A stretch of DNA of 45,129 bases, from IMG/VR virus record IMGVR_UViG_3300025594_000015, positions 1 through 45,129 of that record, one strand, 5' to 3'. Source of the stretch: a virus (taxonomy: Duplodnaviria; Caudoviricetes). Made by a program: the position numbers and the translations under genes. The number at the start of each line of letters is the position of its first letter. The stretch's first letter is position 1. Under the pieces are notes generated by a model. The model did no database searches. It worked only from the letters and a program-made list of their open reading frames with translations, and was not told the DNA's origin. Below are positions 9,201-17,755 of this stretch, in pieces.

Positions 9201-10607
9201 TATACCTTGTGCACCAATTTCACCTTTTTGTCCTTTTTGACCTGTTGTACCTTGAATACCTTGTACTCCTTGAGCCCCAACTTCACCTTTCTGTCCTTTT
9301 TGGCCTGTTGTACCTTGAGAGCCTATTGCACCTGTTATACCTTGAATACCTTGTGAACCTGTAGCACCTTTTTGACCAGTAATACCTTGAATACCTTGTG
9401 AACCAATAGTACCTTGAGCACCAATTTCACCTTTTTGTCCTTTTAAACCAGTAATACCTTGAGTACCAATTGCACCCTGAGATCCAACTTCACCTTTTTG
9501 GCCCGTTGTACCTTGAGCACCTAATGCACCTTTTTGGCCTGTTAAACCAGTTATACCCTGAATACCTTGAGCACCAATTTCACCTTTATCACCTTTTACT
9601 CCAGTAATACCTTGAGTACCCGTTGTACCTTGAGCACCTATTTCACCTTTTTGTCCTTTTTGACCCGTTGCTCCTTTTTGACCAGTTGTTCCTTGAGAAC
9701 CTGTTGTACCTTGTATACCTTGAGTACCTGTTGTTCCTTGAATTCCTTGTGAACCTGTAGCACCTGTACTACCTTTATTACCTTGGTCACCATTTATAGA
9801 AATTGAAAAAAATGTATTATCTCCATTATTTAAATTAGACCAACCATTTTTGTCAATATGAGTAATACTTAAAGTTCTCCAACTACCATTATCGGTTTGT
9901 GATGTAACATAGAAAGTATCATAATATTGTGGGTTAGCAGTTTGTCTAATTGCTACTACGGATTTATTTGAATTTGTAGAAGAAGTTAACTCATCTAATA
10001 AACTTATTATACCTAATCCATCTGAATCTGTTTCACTAACATAAACAGCTGTAGCAGTAGCAGGATCAGTACTATTAAATTTTAAATTACCAGAGCCTGG
10101 GTCTGAATTTGTAGTTGCAGTTAAATAATTTATTGAAAATCCTGTTGTGTTTATTCCTGTTGTACCTTGAACACCTTGGATACCTTGACTACCTGTAATA
10201 CCTTGAATACCTTGAGCACCAACTTCACCTTTTTGTCCTTTTTGACCCGTTGCTCCTTTTTGACCAGTTGTTCCTTGAGAACCTGTTGTACCTTGTATAC
10301 CTTGGGCACCAGTTGCACCTTTTTGGCCTGTAGTACCTTGAGCACCAGTAATACCCTGAATACCTTGGATACCTTGTGAACCAATAGTACCTTGAGCACC
10401 AGTAATACCTTGTAAACCTGTTTGACCTTTTTGTCCTTTTTGACCTGTTGTACCTTGAAGTGATAGGTTTGATCTTTTATATATATTCCCGTTACTATCT
10501 TGTACTAAAATATCATTTACTGTAGTTGAAGAGGGAGTTGATGATAAGTTTAATGTGTTTAGAGTTGCGTCTGATCCGCTAACTATAAGTTTCTTCCAGT
10601 TTGGCAT
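6207..10607 (-). CDS. collagen-like tail fibre with C-terminal peptidase S74 intramolecular chaperone
   Basis: Three long G-X-Y tracts, two globular inserts, and SDIRLKENIKPI...GVTFDW...GFIAQDV...LLEAIKEL. Confidence 0.9.
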   Translation of the reverse strand: MPNWKKLIVSGSDATLNTLNLSSTPSSTTVNDILVQDSNGNIYKRSNLSLQGTTGQKGQKGQTGLQGITGAQGTIGSQGIQGIQGITGAQGTTGQKGATGAQGIQGTTGSQGTTGQKGATGQKGQKGEVGAQGIQGITGSQGIQGVQGTTGINTTGFSINYLTATTNSDPGSGNLKFNSTDPATATAVYVSETDSDGLGIISLLDELTSSTNSNKSVVAIRQTANPQYYDTFYVTSQTDNGSWRTLSITHIDKNGWSNLNNGDNTFFSISINGDQGNKGSTGATGSQGIQGTTGTQGIQGTTGSQGTTGQKGATGQKGQKGEIGAQGTTGTQGITGVKGDKGEIGAQGIQGITGLTGQKGALGAQGTTGQKGEVGSQGAIGTQGITGLKGQKGEIGAQGTIGSQGIQGITGQKGATGSQGIQGITGAIGSQGTTGQKGQKGEVGAQGVQGIQGTTGQKGQKGEIGAQGIIGSQGITGTKGEEGAQGTTGTQGITGTKGTTGAKGEIGAQGTTGQKGATGSQGIQGITGATGSQGTTGQKGATGSQGIQGITGATGSQGTTGQKGATGSQGIQGIIGTQGTTGQKGATGSQGIQGITGATGLQGTTGQKGQKGEVGAQGITGQKGQKGEIGAQGTTGQKGTTGSQGATGQKGQKGEIGAQGTDGSFGGATFDYTFSSSTSDADPGTGKVRLNSTTQNTAGKMFIDSTDDNASNIDDFLQSIDAVTSAIKGHVRLSNRTDATQYILFSISDLTNNTGWWTVFIDEQASSTASPFSNNEDVIVSFVATGDRGDKGSTGNTGSQGTTGQKGATGSQGTTGQKGQKGEIGTQGTTGAKGAQGTTGSQGTTGQKGATGSQGIQGITGQKGATGSQGTTGQKGATGSQGIQGFTGGTGGQGAKGNTGSTGLQGIQGFTGGTGQKGQTGNTGSQGIQGITGNTGAQGQKGQKGQNGNTGSTGSQGIQGFTGQKGQKGEVGNTGSTGSQGIQGFTGQKGQKGQTGATGGGGAQGTQGFTGGTGGQGAKGATGSQGIQGITGQKGATGSQGTTGQKGATGSQGIQGFTGGTGGQGAKGATGSQGTTGQKGTTGSQGIQGITGSQGGGGAKGQKGQKGQTGATGGGGAQGTQGFTGGTGGQGAQGTTGQKGQKGQTGATGGGGAQGTQGFTGSQGGGGAQGTTGQKGATGQKGATGSQGTTGQKGATGSQGIQGITGSQGGGGSKGSTGSQGIQGFTGSQGGGGSKGSTGSQGTTGQKGATGSNAGITTYQNAGNHRIITGTSSNSIISGESNLTFNGTNLVLDGILEVEDSGDRGLLVSPSTGTFRIGDIDEVGGGAYINGDGDDIFILNGGNNKFEFGGTGTLTAAADIIAYGSPSDIRLKENIKPIELALEKAMKLQGVTFDWKESDSILKLKEDVGFIAQDVQKVIPELVRENENGMLSMRHQGIAPILLEAIKELKLEIDSLKNKIKVLESK
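6845..10460 (-). repeat. 9-nt-periodic collagen (GXY) coding repeats of the 1466-aa fibre
   Basis: accttg/acctttttg periodicity; tracts at about 6845-8250, 8620-9790 and 10150-10460. Confidence 0.9.
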
Positions 10608-10619
10608 GTTAATATGTTT

Positions 10620-10670
10620 TATTATGGTTGGTTACTCAAAATGAGTCCACTTCCGTTATGGCCTATAATA
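10620..10670 (-). ncRNA. candidate structured cis-regulatory RNA (three-way junction) in the fibre 5' leader
   Basis: UAUUAU(A)GG/CCAUAAUA closing stem, CC-AUAAC-GG minihairpin and UGG-ACUC-AUUUU-GAGU-AA-CCA stem, between a late motif and the ATG. Confidence 0.4.
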
Positions 10671-10673
10671 CCC

Positions 10674-10683
10674 TTATAAATAT
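10674..10683 (-). promoter_or_regulatory. late promoter motif ATATTTATAA
   Basis: Exact motif, 66 nt upstream of the 10607 start. Confidence 0.65.
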
Positions 10684-10721
10684 GAGAGTAATATGGAATA
10701 GTCACTAAGAAAAAATATGTT

Positions 10722-11588
10722 TTAAAAACTAGATGTAAATTGGTATACAACTGAAACAAAACCACTTCCAGGGTTAAAATTATATAAACCAAAAAAGGTT
10801 TCATTATCTGGGGTTTTGCCAATATATGATTTAGTATCAAGATTATTTTGTCCATCAACTTGATCTCCAGGTATCTCAATACCATTTTTTAGAATACGTC
10901 CACTTTTTCCAGCTGTTACGAAAGTTACGTATTTGGAACTATTATAACTAAAACTACAAATTGATAATTGGGTTGTTCCTCCAGTATCTTCAGAAACAAT
11001 AGTTCCATACGAGCTTAAATCAAAAGCCGTTGATAAGGGTAGTTTATATAAATTAACATTATTACCACTTGGTGATGAACCAGCAGAGAAATATATATTT
11101 AATCCATTTTCGTCAATTGCAAAAGCTCTTCTAGTGTTAGTTCCAATGTTGCTATCTAAAGTAGAAAAAGCAACATATTCATCATAAGTTGATGACATTG
11201 TAGATGTATCCCAGGCAGTTGTAAGATTATATTGATATATACCTGTAGTTTGCCCAGCTAAGCTCTCTCTCATTAGAGCAAATACTTTTGTACCTGTAGG
11301 ATTAAATTGAAAACTTAAAATATGCTTATCAAGGGTAGTACCTGTAGTTGAAAATGTAAAACCATCACTTACATCTCCTGTTGTATTAAAATCATATACA
11401 TCTATACGTTTAGTATTATTTGGGGCAAAAAACATTTCTGTTTGATTAGAATTAACATCTATATCAATAGAATTTATACTACTAGTAAAATGTAATGATT
11501 CTGTAAAATCATCCCATTCTACTTCACCACCAGATGGCCCACCAACACCACCAGATTGTAGTACTCTAAAGAAATTTATATTACTCAT
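10722..11588 (-). CDS. beta-propeller virion/receptor-binding protein
   Basis: Blade repeats FQFNPTGTKVF...YQYNLTTAWDTST and YKLPLSTAFDLSS; overlaps the stop of the S74 fibre. Confidence 0.6.
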   Translation of the reverse strand: MSNINFFRVLQSGGVGGPSGGEVEWDDFTESLHFTSSINSIDIDVNSNQTEMFFAPNNTKRIDVYDFNTTGDVSDGFTFSTTGTTLDKHILSFQFNPTGTKVFALMRESLAGQTTGIYQYNLTTAWDTSTMSSTYDEYVAFSTLDSNIGTNTRRAFAIDENGLNIYFSAGSSPSGNNVNLYKLPLSTAFDLSSYGTIVSEDTGGTTQLSICSFSYNSSKYVTFVTAGKSGRILKNGIEIPGDQVDGQNNLDTKSYIGKTPDNETFFGLYNFNPGSGFVSVVYQFTSSF

Positions 11589-14500
11589 TTATTTTTCTTC
11601 TCAGTTCTTCTATTTCACCTTGCTGTTCTTTAATAGCTTCAATTAATAAAGCAACTATTTTTTCGTATTTAACTGCTTTGTATCCGTTATCCCTTGTAGT
11701 AACCAATTCAGGTAATATAGTTTCAATTTCTTGAGCTATTACTCCTATATCTTGTCCTTTATTACCATGTATGGTTTTTTCTTCTTCTTCTGATAGTGGA
11801 ATCCAATCAAAACATACACCATTTATTTGTTTTACTTTATCTACAGCCCATGGAATAGGTCTTATATTTTCTTTTAATCTTTTATCTGATGAAGCGTATG
11901 CTACTATATCATTAGTTGCTGTAATCCTACCTGCTGTATTATTAATTGGAGCTCCAGTACCTACTCCTAATGATCCTGTAATAACAAATTTATCTATGGT
12001 AAATCCTGGGTCAGGAAGGTAATTAAAAGTATCTATAGATTTAATTGAATTAGAACCTGCATATGCTGCAAATTCATTACTTGTACCAGATGAAGGAGTA
12101 ACTACTACATCATCACCTTCTACATTTAAAATCCCAGCGGATCCTCTAGAGAGTGTTGTATCTGAAGTGTTTCCAAGATCAATTTGTTTAGATACAAATA
12201 AACCTCCATTAACATCACCAAATGTTAAACCTGATTCAGCTACCATTCCACCACTACCATCGGATGTTAATACTTGATTATTAGATCCTGGAGTTGATGA
12301 GCCTGCACCTGTTGTACCTTGTATACCTTGAGCACCTTGAGCACCTGTTCCTGTTGCACCTTGTGCACCTTTAGTACCTGTACCTGTTGTACCTTGTATA
12401 CCTTGAGCACCTTGAGCACCTTGAGCGCCTGCACCTTGAGCACCTTGAGCACCTTTTGCACCTGTTATACCTTGAGCACCTGATGCTCCTCCTGGGATTG
12501 ACCAGTAATAACTAGTACCGTCATAATAAACACCTAATACATCAGTACCACCACTTGTTGTTGTTGTAGTATATGAACCCCCACCTATTATAACAGATCC
12601 ACCAGGTAGTGTTACAGTATATGTTGTACCTGATCCTTGTTCAACTAATAGTACACCTGTATCACCTGTTACCCAACCTGACATTGCTAATGTTTTATCA
12701 CCATTTAAGGTAACTTTAGCATTTGAACCTAATGATGGGTTAAATGTAATTGTAGATGTTGCATTACTTAATGTTTGTTGGTCAATAGTTATTTTACCAT
12801 CAGACATTTGTAAATCATTATCCATTACAACATCTTTAGAAATAGTAACATCAGTAGCATCGTATTTTATTACTTCTGTTGTTGTACCACCTGGAGTTTT
12901 GGATATAAATTTAAATTTACCAAAATTTGTTCCAGTATCTCCTTGAAATGTAAAATCTGTATTATCAGCACCATTACCTTGTATTTTAACACCATTAGCT
13001 CCATCTCTATAAATATTTAATTCACCATCAGTTCCACTTGCACCTTTTATACTAAGATTACTAGTACTAAATGTTAAATTTCCTTCGGCAATGATTCCAC
13101 CATTCCCATCAGATGTTAATACTTCATTATTATTTCCAGGTGCTGTAGGATTAGTTCCTTGTGCACCTTTAGTACCGGTAATACCTTGTAAACCTTGTAA
13201 ACCTTGTGATCCTGTTATACCTTGTAAACCTTGTGATCCTACTTCTCCTACACCTGTTGTACCTTGTATACCTTGAGTACCCTGAATGCCTTGTAAGCCT
13301 TGTAAACCAGTATTACCTGTTATACCTTGTGCTCCTTTAGTACCTGTTGAACCTTGTACGCCTTGTGCACCTTGTGCTCCTTTAGTACCAGTAATACCTT
13401 GTAGACCTTGTAGGCCTTGTTCACCCGTTATACCTTGTAAACCTTGTAAACCAGTAGTACCCGTTATACCTTGTGTACCTTGAGCTCCTTTAGTACCAGT
13501 AATACCTTGTAAACCTTGTAAGCCCTGTTCACCAGTTATACCTTGTAAACCTTGTAAACCTTGTTCACCTGTTATACCTTGTAAACCTTGTAGACCTTGC
13601 TCACCAGTAATACCTTGCAAACCTTGCAAACCAGTATTACCTGTTATACCTTGTGCACCTTGAGCTCCTTTAGTACCAGTAATACCTTGTAGACCTTGTA
13701 GGCCTTGTTCACCCGTTATACCTTGTAGACCTTGTAGGCCTTGTTCACCCGTTATACCTTGTAAACCTTGTAAACCAGTATCACCTGTTATACCTTGTAA
13801 ACCTTGTAAGCCTTGTTCACCTGTTATACCCTGTAGACCTTGTGCGCCTACTTCTCCTTTTTCTCCTTTTATACCTTGTAAACCTTGTAGACCTTGTTCA
13901 CCGGTAATACCTTGTAAACCTTGCAAACCAGTATTACCTGTTATACCTTGCAAACCTTGCAAACCAGTATCACCCGTTATACCTTGTAAACCTTGCAAAC
14001 CAGTATTACCTGTTATACCTTGTAAACCTTGTAAGCCTTGTTCACCCGTAATACCTTGTAAACCTTGTAAACCAGTATCACCTGTTATACCCTGTAAGCC
14101 TTGTAAGCCTTGTTCACCTATTATACCCTGTAGACCTTGTGCGCCTACTTCTCCTTTTTCTCCTTTTATACCTTGTAGGCCTTGTGCACCTTTTTGTCCT
14201 GTTGAACCTTGTACGCCTTGAGCACCTTGTGCACCTTTAGTACCTATTATACCTTGTAGACCTTGCAAACCTTGTTCACCTGTTATACCTTGTAAACCTT
14301 GTAAACCAGTAGTACCCGTTATACCTTGTGTACCTTGAGCTCCTTTAGTACCAGTAATACCTTGAGTACCTTGAGCACCTTTAGTACCTGTTATACCTTG
14401 TAAACCTTGTAAACCAATATCACCTGTTATACCTTGAGTACCTTGAGCACCTTTAGCACCTGTTATGCCTTGTAAACCTTGTAAACCAGTATTACCTTGT

Positions 14501-17304
14501 ATACCTTGTAGGCCTTGTGGACCTTGAGTACCTTGAGCACCTTTTTGTCCTGTATCTCCTCTATCACCTACAGTTGTAAATGATATTAAAATATCCTGAT
14601 TGTTTATAAATGCACTTCCTCCTGATGATGATATTGTATCTAAATCTAATGTCCACCAACCTGTATTGTCAGTTAAATCATCTATTGGATATAATAAGAA
14701 TTGAGTAGAATCTGTTCTACTTGCTATTCTCATATGCCCCTTAATAGCTGAAGTTACGGCTTTAATTGATAATAAAAATGATTGAATTGAATTACTATTA
14801 TCATCTGTAATATCAATATAGGCTTCAGCTGCTGATGTTTGAGTTGAGTTACTTAATCTTATTTTACCTGTTCCTGGATCTGAGTTTGCTGTTGAAGTGT
14901 CAAATGTATAATCAAATGAAGCACCACCAAATGAACCTTCTGTTCCTTGAGTACCTTTTTCACCTGTTATACCTTGTAGACCTTGTAGACCTTGTAAGCC
15001 TGTATTACCTTGTAAACCTTGTAGACCTTGTAAGCCTGTATTACCTTGTAAACCTTGTAAACCTTGTAAACCTTGCTCACCAGTAATACCTTGTAGACCT
15101 TGTAAGCCTGTATTACCTTGTATACCTTGTAGGCCTTGAGCACCTTGCTCACCAGTAATACCTTGCAAACCTTGCAAACCTTGCTCACCAGTAATACCTT
15201 GCAAACCTTGCAAACCTTGCTCACCAGTTATACCTTGTAGACCTTGTAAACCTTGTAAACCAGTATCACCTGTTATACCTTGTGTACCTTGAGCTCCTTT
15301 AGTACCAGTAATACCTTGTAAACCTTGTAAACCTACTTCTCCTTTTTGTCCTTTTACACCTTGTAAACCTTGTAAACCAATATCACCAGTTATACCTTGT
15401 AAACCTTGTAAACCAGTATCACCTGTTATACCTTGTAAACCTTGTAAACCTTGTTCACCAGTAATACCTTGTAAACCTTGTATACCTTGTTCACCCTTTA
15501 TACCTTGTAAACCTTGTAGACCTTGTTCACCAGTAATACCTTGTAGACCTTGTAAGCCCTGCTCACCTGTTATACCTTGTAGACCTTGTAAACCAGTATT
15601 ACCAGTTATACCTTGTAGACCTTGTAAACCTACTTCTCCTTTTTGTCCTTTTACACCTTGTAAACCTTGTAAACCAATATCACCAGTTATACCTTGTAAA
15701 CCTTGTAAACCAGTATCACCTGTTATACCTTGTGTACCTTGAGCTCCTTTAGTACCAGTAATACCTTGTAAACCTTGTATACCTTGTTCACCCTTTATAC
15801 CTTGTAGACCTTGTAAACCAGTATTACCCGTAATACCTTGTAGACCTTGTAAGCCCTGCTCACCTGTTATACCTTGTAGACCTTGTAAACCAGTATTACC
15901 AGTTATACCTTGTAGACCTTGTAAACCAATATTACCTTGTAAACCTTGTAGACCTTGTAAGCCTTGTAAACCTTGCTCGCCTGTTATACCTTGTAAACCT
16001 TGTAGACCTTGTTCACCAGTAATACCTTGTAAACCTTGTAGACCTTGTTCACCAGTAATACCTTGAGTACCTTGAGCACCTTTGGTACCTGTTATACCTT
16101 GCAAACCTTGTAGACCTTGTTCACCATTAATACCTTGCAAACCTTGCAAACCTTGCTCACCAGTAATACCTTGAGTACCTTGAGCACCTTTGGCACCTGT
16201 TATACCTTGTAGACCTTGTAAGCCCTGCTCACCTGTTATACCTTGTAGACCTTGTAAACCAGTATTACCCGTAATACCTTGTAGACCTTGTTCACCAGTA
16301 ATACCTTGTAAACCTTGTAAGCCTTGAGTACCAGTAATACCTTGTAGACCTTGTAAACCAATGTCACCTGTTATACCTTGCAAACCTTGAGTACCAGTAA
16401 TACCTTGGGTACCTTGAGCTCCTTTATCACCTGCATCACCCGTTACTTGAAAAGAAACTATTATGTCATCTCCATTAGCAAATGGACTTGATGTAGAAGA
16501 TGCTTCTGAGGATATAGTTAAAATATACCAGGCATTTGTATCTTGTCCTGCTACTGTAGTAATTTGATATAATATAAAATCGTCAGTATTACCTTTTTCT
16601 GATATTCTAACGTGTCCTTTTATTGTAGATGAAGCATTATCAATAGTTGTCATAAATTGAACAATGCTGTTTCCATTGTCATCCGTGGCATCTAAATATA
16701 AGCTTGTTGCGGCATTTTGAGTTGAATTATTTAATTGAACAATCCCTGTGCCTGGATCTGTTGGTGGAGAAGGTACTGTTGTACTAAATGTATAATCAAA
16801 AGAAGCACCTCCAAAGTTACCTGCTGTACCTTGTGAGCCCTTTTGACCATCAGTACCTTGTATTCCTGTTATACCTTGTAAACCTTGAGTACCAGTATTA
16901 CCTTGTATACCTTGTAAACCTTGCGATCCTACTTCTCCTACACCTGTTGTACCTTGTATACCTTGAGTACCAGTAATACCTTGTAGACCTTGTAAACCAG
17001 TATTACCAGTTATACCTTGTAGACCTTGAGTACCAGTAATACCTTGTAAACCTTGTAAACCTTGTAAACCAGTATTACCCGTTATACCTTGAGTACCTTG
17101 AGCACCTGCTCCAGATATATCTATCCATTGTGAACCTGATACTGTAGAAGATAAAACTTGACCTAATATTCCAGGAGATTCGTCTGTATCGTATATTGAT
17201 TTTGAGACTAAAAGAGACCCACTAATATTTGTATCGTTATCTACCCCTAGGGTTTCAAGTAAAGCGTTTGATCCACTTACTATTACTTCTCTCCAATTTG
17301 CCAT
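11581..17304 (-). CDS. very long collagen-like tail fibre with C-terminal peptidase S74 chaperone
   Basis: GLQ/GIT-rich GXY tracts, two globular inserts, and [12 protein letters not shown]...GVCFDW...GVIAQEIE...[17 protein letters not shown]. Confidence 0.9.
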   Translation of the reverse strand: MANWREVIVSGSNALLETLGVDNDTNISGSLLVSKSIYDTDESPGILGQVLSSTVSGSQWIDISGAGAQGTQGITGNTGLQGLQGLQGITGTQGLQGITGNTGLQGLQGITGTQGIQGTTGVGEVGSQGLQGIQGNTGTQGLQGITGIQGTDGQKGSQGTAGNFGGASFDYTFSTTVPSPPTDPGTGIVQLNNSTQNAATSLYLDATDDNGNSIVQFMTTIDNASSTIKGHVRISEKGNTDDFILYQITTVAGQDTNAWYILTISSEASSTSSPFANGDDIIVSFQVTGDAGDKGAQGTQGITGTQGLQGITGDIGLQGLQGITGTQGLQGLQGITGEQGLQGITGNTGLQGLQGITGEQGLQGLQGITGAKGAQGTQGITGEQGLQGLQGINGEQGLQGLQGITGTKGAQGTQGITGEQGLQGLQGITGEQGLQGLQGITGEQGLQGLQGLQGLQGNIGLQGLQGITGNTGLQGLQGITGEQGLQGLQGITGNTGLQGLQGIKGEQGIQGLQGITGTKGAQGTQGITGDTGLQGLQGITGDIGLQGLQGVKGQKGEVGLQGLQGITGNTGLQGLQGITGEQGLQGLQGITGEQGLQGLQGIKGEQGIQGLQGITGEQGLQGLQGITGDTGLQGLQGITGDIGLQGLQGVKGQKGEVGLQGLQGITGTKGAQGTQGITGDTGLQGLQGLQGITGEQGLQGLQGITGEQGLQGLQGITGEQGAQGLQGIQGNTGLQGLQGITGEQGLQGLQGLQGNTGLQGLQGLQGNTGLQGLQGLQGITGEKGTQGTEGSFGGASFDYTFDTSTANSDPGTGKIRLSNSTQTSAAEAYIDITDDNSNSIQSFLLSIKAVTSAIKGHMRIASRTDSTQFLLYPIDDLTDNTGWWTLDLDTISSSGGSAFINNQDILISFTTVGDRGDTGQKGAQGTQGPQGLQGIQGNTGLQGLQGITGAKGAQGTQGITGDIGLQGLQGITGTKGAQGTQGITGTKGAQGTQGITGTTGLQGLQGITGEQGLQGLQGIIGTKGAQGAQGVQGSTGQKGAQGLQGIKGEKGEVGAQGLQGIIGEQGLQGLQGITGDTGLQGLQGITGEQGLQGLQGITGNTGLQGLQGITGDTGLQGLQGITGNTGLQGLQGITGEQGLQGLQGIKGEKGEVGAQGLQGITGEQGLQGLQGITGDTGLQGLQGITGEQGLQGLQGITGEQGLQGLQGITGTKGAQGAQGITGNTGLQGLQGITGEQGLQGLQGITGEQGLQGLQGITGEQGLQGLQGITGTKGAQGTQGITGTTGLQGLQGITGEQGLQGLQGITGTKGAQGAQGVQGSTGTKGAQGITGNTGLQGLQGIQGTQGIQGTTGVGEVGSQGLQGITGSQGLQGLQGITGTKGAQGTNPTAPGNNNEVLTSDGNGGIIAEGNLTFSTSNLSIKGASGTDGELNIYRDGANGVKIQGNGADNTDFTFQGDTGTNFGKFKFISKTPGGTTTEVIKYDATDVTISKDVVMDNDLQMSDGKITIDQQTLSNATSTITFNPSLGSNAKVTLNGDKTLAMSGWVTGDTGVLLVEQGSGTTYTVTLPGGSVIIGGGSYTTTTTSGGTDVLGVYYDGTSYYWSIPGGASGAQGITGAKGAQGAQGAGAQGAQGAQGIQGTTGTGTKGAQGATGTGAQGAQGIQGTTGAGSSTPGSNNQVLTSDGSGGMVAESGLTFGDVNGGLFVSKQIDLGNTSDTTLSRGSAGILNVEGDDVVVTPSSGTSNEFAAYAGSNSIKSIDTFNYLPDPGFTIDKFVITGSLGVGTGAPINNTAGRITATNDIVAYASSDKRLKENIRPIPWAVDKVKQINGVCFDWIPLSEEEEKTIHGNKGQDIGVIAQEIETILPELVTTRDNGYKAVKYEKIVALLIEAIKEQQGEIEELRRKINE
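12300..17110 (-). repeat. collagen (GXY) coding repeats of the 1907-aa fibre
   Basis: accttgtaa-type 9-mer arrays; tracts at about 12300-12490, 13150-14570, 14930-16440 and 16815-17110. Confidence 0.9.
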
Positions 17305-17320
17305 ATTTTATTATATATAA

Positions 17321-17330
17321 TGATAAATAT
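17321..17330 (-). promoter_or_regulatory. late promoter motif variant ATATTTATCA
   Basis: One mismatch to the motif, 16 nt upstream of the 17304 start. Confidence 0.55.
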
Positions 17331-17347
17331 TAAAAGAATATGGTTAA

Positions 17348-17539
17348 TTAACCTTCTATAGGAGGAGGAGTGGGCTGAGAATTTAAATGTTCTTCAATTT
17401 GAGCTATTTGTTCCTGAAGTTTTAATTGTAAAGTTCCAATAAACATAGCGTCTACTCCCTTAATACTAATTTCTTTAATTCCTACTAATAAAGCTTTTAT
17501 TTCTCTTAATGATAAGTCTTCTAATGTGTATATATCCAT
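17348..17539 (-). CDS. small helical protein (possible fibre assembly factor)
   Basis: 63 aa; similar to its neighbour at 17542-17745. Confidence 0.65.
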   Translation of the reverse strand: MDIYTLEDLSLREIKALLVGIKEISIKGVDAMFIGTLQLKLQEQIAQIEEHLNSQPTPPPIEG

Positions 17540-17541
17540 AA

Positions 17542-17745
17542 CTATTTATTTTTAAATTTTTCTAAATCAAGATACATTTTTTGTAATTTTAAAGTTAAAT
17601 TATAAATTTCTTCCATTTCTCCTCCTGTAAAGGTTGATTTCCGGATTATATTTAACATAAATAATATCTCTTCTCTAGTAAGAATTGGCAGACCCGCTAA
17701 TGGGTCTGCCTCTCCTATTCTTGTATTACCTGCTTTAAAACCCAT
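17542..17745 (-). CDS. small helical protein (possible fibre assembly factor)
   Basis: 67 aa; LTREEILFMLNII...LTLKLQ. Confidence 0.65.
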   Translation of the reverse strand: MGFKAGNTRIGEADPLAGLPILTREEILFMLNIIRKSTFTGGEMEEIYNLTLKLQKMYLDLEKFKNK

Positions 17746-17755
17746 TTACTTATTC

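Noticed and set aside
10622-10885. 87-aa minus-strand ORF
   Set aside because: It overlaps the propeller gene in another frame and runs through the late motif and structured leader; no recognisable motifs.
6845-17110. Possible CRISPR array or satellite
   Set aside because: The repeats are in-frame GXY codons with no constant repeat/unique spacer structure, and no cas operon is present.
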